Shown: positions 1 through 11,600 of the stretch, one piece after another
Layout of the letters: each line of letters opens with the position of its first letter
Position numbering within the stretch: the stretch's first letter is position 1
NCBI GenBank assembly: GCA_002633005.1
Contig: NMRA01000181.1
Location: 62,001-126,000, forward strand
Reading direction: 5' to 3'
Source: Phoronis australis
Lineage: Eukaryota > Animalia > Phoronida
Length of the DNA stretch: 64,000 nt
The notes under the pieces: generated by a model
Told to the model about the DNA's origin: nothing
The model's input: only the letters and a program-made list of their open reading frames with translations
Database searches by the model: none
Position numbers and translations under genes: made by a program

Positions 1-111
1 ACAGTAACCGAGATAAAGAGATTGGTTTTAAGAGAGCAAAGGGCCTAATAATTATCAAGCTAAACAGGGTGAAACGCAATAACTTTTAACCAATCCACTA
101 GCATGCGCGCA

Positions 112-1701
112 CAGGGCTCGACGCTATTCAAATTGCCAGGTCGCATTTTGCGACCTAGCCAAAATCCCAGGTCGCATTTTCAAAATCCAGCTCGCATTCG
201 TAAATGCCAGGTCGCAAAATTTTCCCGCCATTTTTACGCGCCAAAATAGATTTTTTAGATCATCTAGAAAATGTTTAGATTATGCTCTTATCTGCAGCGT
301 TAAATACTCACAAATTTCGGATCTCAAAATTGACTTCATTCATGCAGGTACGGCCTTACTGTTCTTCACGACCGCCATTGAAAGACTCTAGAGCGCAAGG
401 CAAGTTGCCGGCGTGAAAGTTGAATCAGTGCTCTCTAACTGACTTGTGCATTGGAGTAGCTAAATTTGCGATGTGAAAAGGGAGAAAATGCCCGTTGAAA
501 AAGTATCTGGGATTTTGTTAGATCTGGTCTGCTACTGGCCGTCATCAAAGTCGTTAACGATTCAAACTAACTCGGGTAATCGCGAGTTTGCTCTTCAATA
601 CTCTCCAAGTACGGGAANNNNNNNNNNNNNNNNNNNNNNNNNNNNNNNNNNNNNNNNNNNNNNNNNNNNNNNNNNNNNNNNNNNNNNNNNNNNNNNNNNN
701 NNNNNNNNNNNNNNNNNNNNNNNNNNNNNNNNNNNNNNNNNNNNNNNNNNNNNNNNNNNNNNNNNNNNNNNNNNNNNNNNNNNNNNNNNNNNNNNNNNNN
801 NNNNNNNNNNNNNNNNNNNNNNNNNNNNNNNNNNNNNNNNNNNNNNNNNNNNNNNNNNNNNNNNNNNNNNNNNNNNNNNNNNNNNNNNNNNNNNNNNNNN
901 NNNNNNNNNNNNNNNNNNNNNNNNNNNNNNNNNNNNNNNNNNNNNNNNNNNNNNNNNNNNNNNNNNNNNNNNNNNNNNNNNNNNNNNNNNNNNNNNNNNN
1001 NNNNNNNNNNNNNNNNNNNNNNNNNNNNNNNNNNNNNNNNNNNNNNNNNNNNNNNNNNNNNNNNNNNNNNNNNNNNNNNNNNNNNNNNNNNNNNNNNNNN
1101 NNNNNNNNNNNNNNNNNNNNNNNNNNNNNNNNNNNNNNNNNNNNNNNNNNNNNNNNNNNNNNNNNNNNNNNNNNNNNNNNNNNNNNNNNNNNNNNNNNNN
1201 NNNNNNNNNNNNNNNNNNNNNNNNNNNNNNNNNNNNNNNNNNNNNNNNNNNNNNNNNNNNNNNNNNNNNNNNNNNNNNNNNNNNNNNNNNNNNNNNNNNN
1301 NNNNNNNNNNNNNNNNNNNNNNNNNNNNNNNNNNNNNNNNNNNNNNNNNNNNNNNNNNNNNNNNNNNNNNNNNNNNNCCGAAAGTGTTAGCCAATGAAAC
1401 GCGTCAAAGATCGATTCTGTATATCCCATGTTCACGCGACATGCTTACAAGTCATCGGGAGGGCAGTTCTCGGTTAGTGTTCTTTTGAACTTCTATTTGG
1501 CAACAACCAAATAACAGTCGGATTAACAAGACCTGATTCGTATTTGCCGGGTATCTGTTGAGAAGTGTAAAAACTCAGCTCGCATTCGTTGGAAATTTCA
1601 GGTCGCATTTTCCGACTTTATACGAGCTGACAAAAATCTCAGCTCGCATTTCCAAATTTCAGGTGGCAAATGCGACCTGCAGCTCGTTATGTCGAGCCCT
1701 G
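112..1701. mobile_element. Non-autonomous hAT-like DNA transposon with 5-bp target-site duplication (interrupted by assembly gap)
   Basis: Terminal inverted repeats CAGGGCTCGAC (112-122) / GTCGAGCCCTG (1691-1701); arrays of subterminal (A)GGTCGCATT/AGCTCGCATT motifs at both ends; flanked by GCGCA at 107-111 and 1702-1706. Confidence 0.75.
618..1377. other. Assembly gap (760 N)
   Basis: Run of N; ORFs 473-1435 in the track are artefacts of the N run. Confidence 0.99.
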
Positions 1702-1928
1702 GCGCACCCAGGGGGGCTCGGAGGGACTTGAACGAGCCTACCATTTGGCAAAGTGGACAAAAAGGTCCGCCTCAGAGAAACAAAAAGTCCAAAAAAATAG
1801 AAAACCAGACAAAAGTCCACTAAAAATTCAGGAATTTGGCAGATGCACAATTCATAGCTCTGAGGGTACCCGTTTTTTAATAAAAAAATTTGAGCCCCCC
1901 CCTATATTTTAAGCTGGATGCGTGCACG
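1702..1928. mobile_element. Short hAT-type MITE (right part) that was split by the 112-1701 insertion
   Basis: Removing 112-1706 rejoins CATGCGCGCA(102-111)+CCCAGGGGGG; matching imperfect inverted end CCCCCCC..CTGGATGCGTGCACG at ~1895-1928. Confidence 0.5.
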
Positions 1929-2293
1929 ATTTACACACACGCGCGCGCGTGACACACACACACACACAAGTGGGTCGTTTCAGTGCATGTAAACATTGTT
2001 GGCATGTTACTTGTTTTCTTGTGCATAGCTTGTGTCCCAGATGTAAAACCAGTTCGTACAATACATCTGGCCAATGGCTTGTGTAAATTCTTGGCAGAAA
2101 AAAAAATCAAAGTGAAAAAGCACTACTGCATTTCACCCCATTCTCTATTAAGGTACACACAAATGAATATGTACTGTACGTGTGGCATGGCATGGTCAAA
2201 TGCCTCCACTCCCAGTGTTGAGAAGATAGCATGTATAGAGCAATGCAAGTCACGCTGTTACAGTTCTGATACCATTATCTGGTACAAAGCATT

Positions 2294-4613
2294 CGGGCAA
2301 ATCATAATCAAGGTCCGATATTCGGTGGCCACTTTTGGTGAAAAATGAAGGTTGTCCTATAGCTGTAAAAGCTTTGTTATTTTAAAGTACCAGGTTCGTA
2401 ATCTAAAACATTTTTGCACAAGAACCACCGAGTAAAATTTGATGGTCTACTGCATCGCAGTTGTATAAAAGGGTACGTACACTACAACTTGTGGCCACAG
2501 CCCACTTCTATCATGCAAAAATTCATAAGGTAGCTGTTAATTTAATAAGTTCTTGGTCAAATTGAAGAAGTGTCATACACTAAAGTAAGAAAAGTTATTA
2601 CCGTGCTGATCATGTTGTTCTAGATGATGATACATTGCATATCTTAACACAGTATAATGAGAACTTCAGTCTTCTCTTGCAAGGATTCTTACAAAAAGAA
2701 AATGACAAGTAACGACTTTTTTCAAAAACGTTATTGGTGCTATCAGATTTTCCTAGTTTTCAACAAATTCACCAGTTGGTCAAAATAGTTAAAGCAATGC
2801 TAGGCCCAGTGTTCAACTTGTAAACAATAAAAAATGGTACTGGTTGGGGGGTATGTACACTATGCACAGTCAATCAATGTCAAATTTTGACTACCGTAAA
2901 TGTATGGGATGATCTAGAGTTTTGTGCTGCCTCTACTAGTTGTTTTGTTGCAAGTTGTCTTGAGAAATAGAGAACCTGCCTCTGCAACATCACTTGTCAA
3001 ATGACGTGTCATCTAGGATGTTACTAGCCAAGTCCTGTGTGGCATTTTATTGTCCACAAATTTTATAATGTCCATTGTTTTTTTTTTGTCAGACTGGATG
3101 CAGTCTGGAAATATCAGTATTGTTCATGAGAACAGCAGTGAGTAAAAATACTTGTGGGCAATAATTTATAGCACAGAGGTTGAAGGTATGTACACTACAC
3201 AGGGGTACGTAGGTACATTACATTTCAATGACTTGTCAGGTTTATATAAAATACTTAGAATCTACTGAGAGTTAGTTCATTTACCAAATCTATTCAAAGA
3301 AAACAAATAAAAAGTACAGCATAAATGTCTATATCTGTCTGTCATTCTTTGAAAACAGGCAAATGTTAAAATATAGTGGTACGTACACTACACAAATTTT
3401 AATATTTCACTCAAAACAAATGTATTTGTAATTAACACCCTTTTAACCTAGCATTTTTAATGGAGGAAACTGTCTGTGACAAATGTTGCATACTTACCGT
3501 GTAATTTTTGTTTCATGGTATTTGTTCACATCGGGGTATGTACACTACGCAGGGGTACTTACACTACATTTCTACTGAGAGTAATAGTTCATTTACTAAA
3601 TCAATTCAAAGAGAAAAAATAAAAAGCACAGCATTCATGTGCATATCTGCCATACTTTGAAAATAGGCACAAATTAAAATATGGGGGTACATACATTACA
3701 CAAATGCTAATATTTCACTAAAAGAAAAAACGTATTTGCAATAAACACCCTTTTAACCTAACATTTGTAAGGAAGGAAACTGTCTATGACCAATGTTGCT
3801 CACTTACCAAGTGATATAATTTAACTTCATGGCAGTTGTAAACATGGGGGGTACGTACACTACATCACTGTTTCTACATCACATGGTAACATAATGTTGT
3901 ATGGCCATTTATTTTTCTTTGGTGATAATAAGTACCATTTTGTTATTGAAAAGGCAATAACTTCATTTGCAATGAGCATTTGTGATACTGAATTCCACAT
4001 GGGGGTACGTACACTACATTTTACAAGCCTTTTTGGCCCATTTTCAACATAGCAGAACCCAGTCAATATCCAAACTTTTGGTTTGTTTAGGTATTGAATA
4101 ATTTGCTGTGTTGCCTAGGCTAACATATTCTGCAGTTCTTTTTATTACAAGTGTGAACTTTTAATTAGTTTTTAACCTTCTTTAGAGTAGGTGAGGGTCA
4201 GAAACACAGAATTTAAAAATTTCGTAAGAGTGCCTGTGTTACGATGAACCCTACCATTTCTCAATGATTAAGCACAACTTCATCTGAGTGATTCTGAAAG
4301 TGGCTCAAGTTATTCCCAGTCACATCAAAGCAATTGCTTACTTAATAAAATACATTTATTTTCTACTGTTGACAGTTGAAAATTTTAATTTTTAAAATGG
4401 CCACTCATAACGCTAAAATGCATGAAATTCATAAACAAAAACATGCATAAATTTCTCAAACATTGTCCAATTTTGATGATTTTTTTTTAATTTGTACAAC
4501 TAAATATCTCTTTGCATATGAGATTCAGTTGGCATTTGTTAAGTGACCAAAAGTTTATTTTAAACCGTAAAACAGTCAACTCTCGAATATGGACCTTGAT
4601 TGTGATTTAGCCG
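2294..4613. mobile_element. Non-autonomous TIR DNA transposon (~2.3 kb) with internal tandem repeats
   Basis: ~30-bp TIRs CGGGCAAATCATAATCAAGGTCCGATATTCG / CGAATATGGACCTTGATTGTGATTTAGCCG; ATT on both sides (2291-2293, 4614-4616); internal recurring motif GGGGTACGTACACTAC and a ~330-bp tandem duplication (~3185-3530 / ~3535-3860). Confidence 0.7.
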
Positions 4614-5663
4614 ATTATTTCCTACACCCATGTATGTCTCATAACATGAACGCCATTCTTAATAATGTACAAATTCTTTCATATTATATACTAACTATTT
4701 TATATCAGAATTAAGGTAAAAGCTCAATTCAAAATTTGAAGAACAAGTTAACTTTCTAGTCACTTTTCTAAAAAAATGAAGTTTTCTGCGCAAGTCGGTG
4801 CATGGCTTATGTCTTTAGAACTCACCAGATGTAGTGCACAGGCATTATGAACTAACTCCTAAATTCTATTGAACTAGGTTTCATGTGCTGGACCACAAAA
4901 TAAGAAATCAATGTTTTATGATAGAAACACACACAATGAACTTTGCAGTTTCGCTAACTCTGGCCAAACTTAATAACATCCCGGGAGCTGGCCTGCTCCA
5001 AAACAAAACTCATGAGCACACATTAGGCTGCCTTCTTGGAATCCAACAGTCACAAAATTGTCTCTACAAGGAGATGGCCAGAGTCTTGACTTTGTGCCAG
5101 CAGAGGAGGTACCTTTGTGCCAGGAACGGTGCAATAATTGAAACAGGTGGCTTATATCAACCCTTTTAGGCACTCGTTCATTTTTTACTAGCTTATATGC
5201 ACTATACACTCATTTCTTTTGGGCAAGAATATTGGTGCAATTAGATTTATTCTATGCAAGCACTCATGCAATTTGCTTGCACCATCACTTCAGGCCATCA
5301 TCACAGTGCACATGATGAAATAAAAGAGATCATTAACTAGAACACAGGCAGTCTATGTACATGTTGGTGTAAGATTATCTTTAACTCTACTACAGTTTGC
5401 CAGCGTAAAGGTCAACAACATCATAATTCCGAAGCGTTTTTGTAAGAGGTTTACAGATTCTTGTTAAACTTTGTGAATATTACAATGTGACCATCCTTTG
5501 GTTCTGTATAGAAATGGAATGAAATTCGCAACTTTTCCCAAAAACAGTAATTACTACAATTATTGAAAGTCATCGATCATAACATATGATGGGTATGGTC
5601 TAAAGCAATAAAACTACCTGTCAGTTATACTCAAGACTTGAAATCATTTCTAACCTGGGTAAG

Positions 5664-5796
5664 CATGGGCGCCGGGATCCAGGATTTTGAGTTGGGGGGG
5701 AGCACGGCAGAGTATTAGCCAGGATTTTGCCTGTCAGACATTGGCACTCCCGGACTGCCCAATGGCCCCCTTGGCCCCTTTCTAAATCCGCCACTG
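5664..5796. mobile_element. Short hAT-type MITE (CA.GGGCG..GGATCCAG...ATCCGCCACTG family)
   Basis: CATGGGCGCCGGGATCCAGG...GGGGGGG start and CCCC...AAATCCGCCACTG end; related end CAGTGGCGGATCTAGG at ~31350. Confidence 0.45.
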
Positions 5797-6271
5797 GTAA
5801 GAAACAAGACAAGATTGATTTTATAAATCAGTGGGGACTTATTGCCAACAGCATTTCTCTTCATTCTCCAGCTTCCAAACAAAGGGGTCCGGTGGACTCA
5901 CCTTCATTCCAAAATTTTGGGGTATTTCGATTTGTTAGGATGATTGAAACTTTACTCCAGAAATTATAATTGCATTTGTACAGAACATTAGAAAATGAGT
6001 CAAGAATCTGGTGTGAATGCAGCCTTTCATATCTCGAGAGTGTCCAAGGTGTCAAAATGGATACCACGGCGTGCTGTCATGTTCTCCACGACCTGTTTTT
6101 GACTCGGACGCGGTAACGAGTTAGGATTTTGCCGCGTGGAGTTAGGGAAAGCGCTTCAAGTTTAAAAATTGCCGCGCCACTAAACCAGTTGGCTGACTTG
6201 CTGCTTCAGCCCTCAGAGCCTGATTTTAACAGTAAACACAGTCAACTTTACAAACAGGCAGTTAAAGAGTA

Positions 6272-8115
6272 CCGCCTGGCCGTAATAAGGCGCAAGGGCG
6301 CTTAGTAGAATTCGTTTCGGGGGAAGGCGCTTATTGTAACCCGAGGCGGTTGAAACCCGGTCTCCGAAACGGGTGAAATCGGAAGCTAGGATTCATCAAA
6401 TTTACGCCATGTGATGTATCTGTAGCCTGTGACAGGCTTTCAACAAAACAACAAAACTGTGGCCGCATAGCTACCAAACGTCGTTGTTAAATTACGATTT
6501 TTTTAATGAAAATTGTGCTGAAATCCCGGGGCGAAAACTCAGTTGCCGATGCGCTGCTGCCTCGCAATCGTCGATAGGGCAGCTTGAATAAAAATATAGT
6601 TTCGACTCAACAAATTACCTGAAATCCTCACTAAAGTTTTCCACTCGTCCCTAAGAGTTCTTGTGGAGTTGGTATTAAGAACAAGATAGGTTCAAATCTG
6701 CGCAAGATCGTACAAGGCAACACGAGAAATATCTCTGGAGCGAACACTCATGTAGTAGTCATGTGACCTTTGTTTTGAAGATCATCTGCGTGTGTGAGTG
6801 AGCGAGCGCGTGCGTGTCATCAGCGTTCATTTGCCGGCCGGGAGCAAACGCAACATAACGTGTGCATTTAACTAAAGAAAGAACAAAAGTAGTATCACGA
6901 GAACACGTTTTACTTGGCACTTGCTGATAAGTTCGAGAATTGTCTCAGTATGGCCTACTAAACGCCGAATGTCATATGTGAGTCGCCGGGTGACTGGATG
7001 TGCGACAGCCTGAGTTATTTTCCGGCAAACACGTAGCCCCTCGGTTGGCCGGTTAGGGGCTACGTACAATACTTCCCATCAATTTATGTACGCATTTCGT
7101 TCCATATGTATTAATTTGGCCGGTAGGCCAAATCCGGCAACCGATTTTGAGTTTTCACATCGTTAAAAACTGAATACATTCCACACTTAAAACTATCACT
7201 TAAAAAAGCGCTCGTTACTCTCTTTACTTATTTGGTCCTTTCTACTTCGATACCTTCGATGAAGCTTAGTTGTGAGAATTAAGGTGACTATGAATTGGCG
7301 AAGAATTCCAACTCCACTTTTTTGGTTGCCGTTAAACTTTTTCCGACCACTCCAGCACGCGCGGGATAACACTGAGTCACGGTAGTTATGCAAAAGGCTA
7401 GCGCGAGAGTGAGCGAAGCGCGTGACAGTTTTTGCAAAATAGCATGAAAAAGGATCAGGTGAAATTTGTAAGATTTGTGTCCCTTGGACTCTTTATTCAC
7501 CAACATGCGCGATTTCACGTAACGATGGCACCCAGAAGAGAAACTCGAGCAAACCACGACCGTGACCGATTTTCATCGATTTGTTCCAATTATCTTGACA
7601 GAATCGGCTTATGGTATGAGTAGTTTACAACTCCATGTGCATGTTTCATTTGATTTTATTTCCTGTATTTTGAAACTCGTAACTTTTTGTGGGGATGACC
7701 TATCGCCTCTGTATGCCTGCGGCATCCAGGGCGATGTAATTGCCTAATTTTCCAGGAGATTCGGGGTCGGAGGTGTCCACTATCAGTGGGGCATTTAATC
7801 AAGTATTTTTTTTCTTTAAAAACACCAATTATGAATACATTGAAAACGTGATTAATAAAGCAATCCCTCTTAAAAATAACACAGACAGTTTTTAAGGCAT
7901 TCGAAACTTTCCGAAATTAGTTCCCCATATTTATTGCTTGCCAATATGCGGCTACCCGTCGTAGTTTCATGGATAATTCCCAAAGACTAATGTCTGCGAT
8001 GTCAAGTGACAGGTAGGTGTAGCGCGCGCTTCCAGGCCAAGTGCTTTTAACAAGCTTTTTAATTGTGAGACAGTCGCCACTGAGCTGAACGAGCACTTGA
8101 GTTTTCCCCGTGTAG
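6272..8115 (+). mobile_element. 3'-truncated copy of the Tc2/pogo-like MITE family (homologous to 54833-56233)
   Basis: Starts TA|CCGCCTGGCCGTAATAA; shares long blocks with the FECH-intron copy (e.g. TTGAAACCCGGTCTCCGAAACGGGTGAAATCGGAAGCTA; CTGCCTCGCAATCGTCGATA; GCGCGCTTCC.GGCCA.GTGCTTTTAACA); carries ~750 extra bp (~7030-7770); right TIR not found. Confidence 0.75.
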
Positions 8116-8609
8116 GCCATACAAAGTGTCAAAAAGTAGGTCACACAGTTCAGTGTACATTTTTGAAACATATATAAATACCACCAGTGGAGACAGACTA
8201 GAGAAAAACAGTGTTGACTACTGATATAGAACTCTAGAAACTTGCGTCGAGTTCGGAATTGGTGGTGGAGAACACTGCACGTCTTGTCTAAAATTTAGAC
8301 ACCCTAGCTAGGATGCCCTGTTCAGCATTTGGGCTCCGGCATAAAGCGAACAAGAAAGCATGGGGGCTCAATGTCTTGACAAAAAAACTATTAGAAAGGA
8401 TAGAAGATAAAAAACCTCTATTGCAAACATCATGTCTCCACACTACATCAAATACCTCATCTTAACAGCAATTTGATTTGGAGGCATGAAATTGCTGTGT
8501 CAAGGGCACCCTGATAGATCAATAAACCCATTTTGAACTGCATATTTTTGAAACCTGAATGAACCCGGGCTAATAGTATTAACACAAAATATGCAAAGAA
8601 AAACAGACA

Positions 8610-11600
8610 CTAAATGGATAATTTTCATTTATTTACAAATAATCAAAAATTGCATGCAAAGTTATGCTACCATGAATGCAAAGGGTGTCTTTTTAGCGTT
8701 GGTAGCATCAACTGATGAATGAACTTCAGTCTCCATCAAACACTGCTTCACCAAGACACACATTTATGTGGGTGGCACTGTCCAATCGGCGGTTGCCTCT
8801 TCTAACAGTGCTGGTCAGATAACATACTTAGAGCATTGCAAATCACACTTTTCTGAGATATCGTTATCTTGTTTCATGCGTTATTGCTTACACCCATGTC
8901 TGCTTCATCTTACATTATAAATACTCTTATTATCTTATCACTATTATGATATAAACACTCTACAATTTAGCACAAATGACGAACAAGTGATGTTTTTGTT
9001 CTATACAAAAACCCACGTTTGATTACAACTCTAAACAGCATTTTCCAAATGGAGGATAGTCCAGATATCAACATAGTACAGTGTTTCGAAGCTCTTTTCT
9101 CTGGCGTCAGGACTCACAAACCAAATACCTGCCACACCTCAAAGAATTAGCAAAACCAGGCACAAAACCCAATGCATCTGTGGCTCAAAATTCATGCAGC
9201 ATTTCTTCAGGTAAAAACTATCATAACTTAAAATTCACAAGGAATTCAATGTCACAAGTCAAACAGAATAAAAATCTAGTTTTCATCCACCATATATCAG
9301 CTTATTTTAGCCACTTTTATTGCTGTTCCATGGCTAATGTGGTAATAAGACCTTAGATCAGATTTCCTGATCAACGGACTTCTTGGCTACAGGAGGAATA
9401 AGAAGTCTCAAATTATACAGGCATAGAACTCCTTTGACCCTCGGGTAAGAAATCATGTGCCTCATTTTGGAAAGTCAGTCATATTTTCACAGGTCATGTT
9501 GAAAACTGTTAAGGTATATGGCCATGCAAACACTTCCAATTTCAACTGTTCAAACTACCGGAACTGAGAGGGTATCTTCAAGAAAGGGGATTCTTTTGAG
9601 TTCAAATTAACCAGACGAAATCGTTTTAACCACTAGCTATGCATTTTCTTGTCTTTTATTGATACACCCACGGAAATTTTTCAAGTTTATAAAACTTTCT
9701 CCCATCGGAGATTTGTTTCAAGAATGCATAGCATGATTTGGTTGAAGGCACTTGCATTATAATTTAAAATACAAACACATTTTGCGAGAAAAGTAACAGA
9801 ACTACCAGCAGACAGATGAGTAGACTCTGAAACAGTTTAGTCATTTTTTAAAATAAAATTCAGACAGTTTAAGTAATTCAAAAGAAAACACTTGTGTTTC
9901 AGTTGCCTTCAGGGCAATCTTTATATAAGACAGCACGTGTCAAGAACGACTTAAAATATTCTTCAGTGCAAAATGGCCTACACAGTTTAACATCACATAG
10001 TTCCTCTAGATAAGTTCCAGACACTGCCACAACATTAGGTTTACTAAAAAAAAACGACTAGCCAGTAATATCGTGCACTTTTAGTGGTAAAAAAACCTTG
10101 GTATCACAAATCCCTCTTGCCAATCACAACAAAAATGTAACATGATACAGCAATGTTCTCGAACACCATAGGACAAGCCAAGTGCACAATTATTTCTCAT
10201 TAAAATAAATTATGAAACACTTTTGTCGTCTGCTTCCACATTTTATGTATGTCAGTCAGGGCATTCTGTTCACTGCCAGCGACCTTCCCTTCAAACAACC
10301 GACCTGAGTAGTTCTCAGAAATCTGGAAGACACCACTGCTTGGAAAAAACAGTCACACTCTGGTAACAGTGTTTGGACACCACACACAGTCTTCAACTAA
10401 AAAAACTATGACAATATTGCATCAGGAAAGTTATTTTTGTGAAAATGAACTGATTATCTAATTGTCTCTTGCGTCCCTGGGGTTCATTTAAGAAAGTTAG
10501 TGTGAAATGAATATCCAAAGAGGCATGAAGTAAAAGTAGTGGTGTACACTGACAATTTCTGTAAAGACAAATAAAATGTTCAACTGGCAATCAACCGGTA
10601 CTTTTCTGTCTCACTCGTACTCGAACTCATTCCCTGCCTCATGAGCACTCTTAAGGCCCTTTCATACTAACGTCGACACGTCTATGTTTTGGGGAGTTGC
10701 GGTCAATATAAATGGTAACTTCGGTCCTGGATTGAAGTTAACAGGGCAGTAATGTGGTATGAAAAGTCAACTGCGGTCCCATCAAAGTCCATGGCCAGGA
10801 GCCAGTATTATCGTAAATGACTGAATGGCAGTAGTATCACAGCTAAAAGTTGCTTATAGGGTATTTTGCTTGAATAATAACCAGTTGAATTAGAAATAAG
10901 TTTTATGTCAATTAGCACATAAATGTTCTGAAATTGTCACATTGAAAAAATCTTAGCGTGCACGCGATGCATCAGTGCTACCTTACGATTACTTCAATGA
11001 CAACAGCGTGACCTACTGTTTACCCCGATGTCTGTTTACTATTGAAGCGGGTATAAATGGTTCAGTTAACTCTGCAGTTTACGTCGATACTCCGACACTC
11101 CGCTTAGATCGGAGTTAAATGAAGTATAAAAGGACCCTTTGAAAGCTAAGCAGTTAATGATCATATTTTCAACAATTAGCCAATAGTCCCAAGAGGGTAT
11201 ATATGGCAGCCAGTCATAAACAATGACCAATGACAGAAAATTATAAAACAGTAATGAGATCACACGAAGCAGGTGGTGTAATAAATTATTTGACATGCGT
11301 ATAATGTCCCTTGCCACATCTTGCAATAGACCATTTATGAGAAGAAAAACATGATTTTTGGCTCTGACATCACCTGTCCACACACTGCTAATCGTACACC
11401 ATGGGTGTCCCACATGGCGTGGTTTATAAGACCACAAGTAGGTTTACCACTATTATAATAGCTGTTATGCAAGATGTTTTGGCCTACCACACTGCTTTTG
11501 TTCAACAGACAGCCCCCCAAGTGGTAAAAGACAACAAATTGCTATGGTAAATTTGACAAAAATGGCCTAGCTTGGTGGCTTTTATGTAAGTGATGTCTTA

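Noticed and set aside
473-1435. Four long ORFs (269-305 aa)
   Set aside because: They read through the N gap; not real coding sequence.
10010-10030. TGGCAGTGTCT (miR-34-like 5' end) on minus strand
   Set aside because: Match stops after 11 nt and no precursor hairpin is evident.
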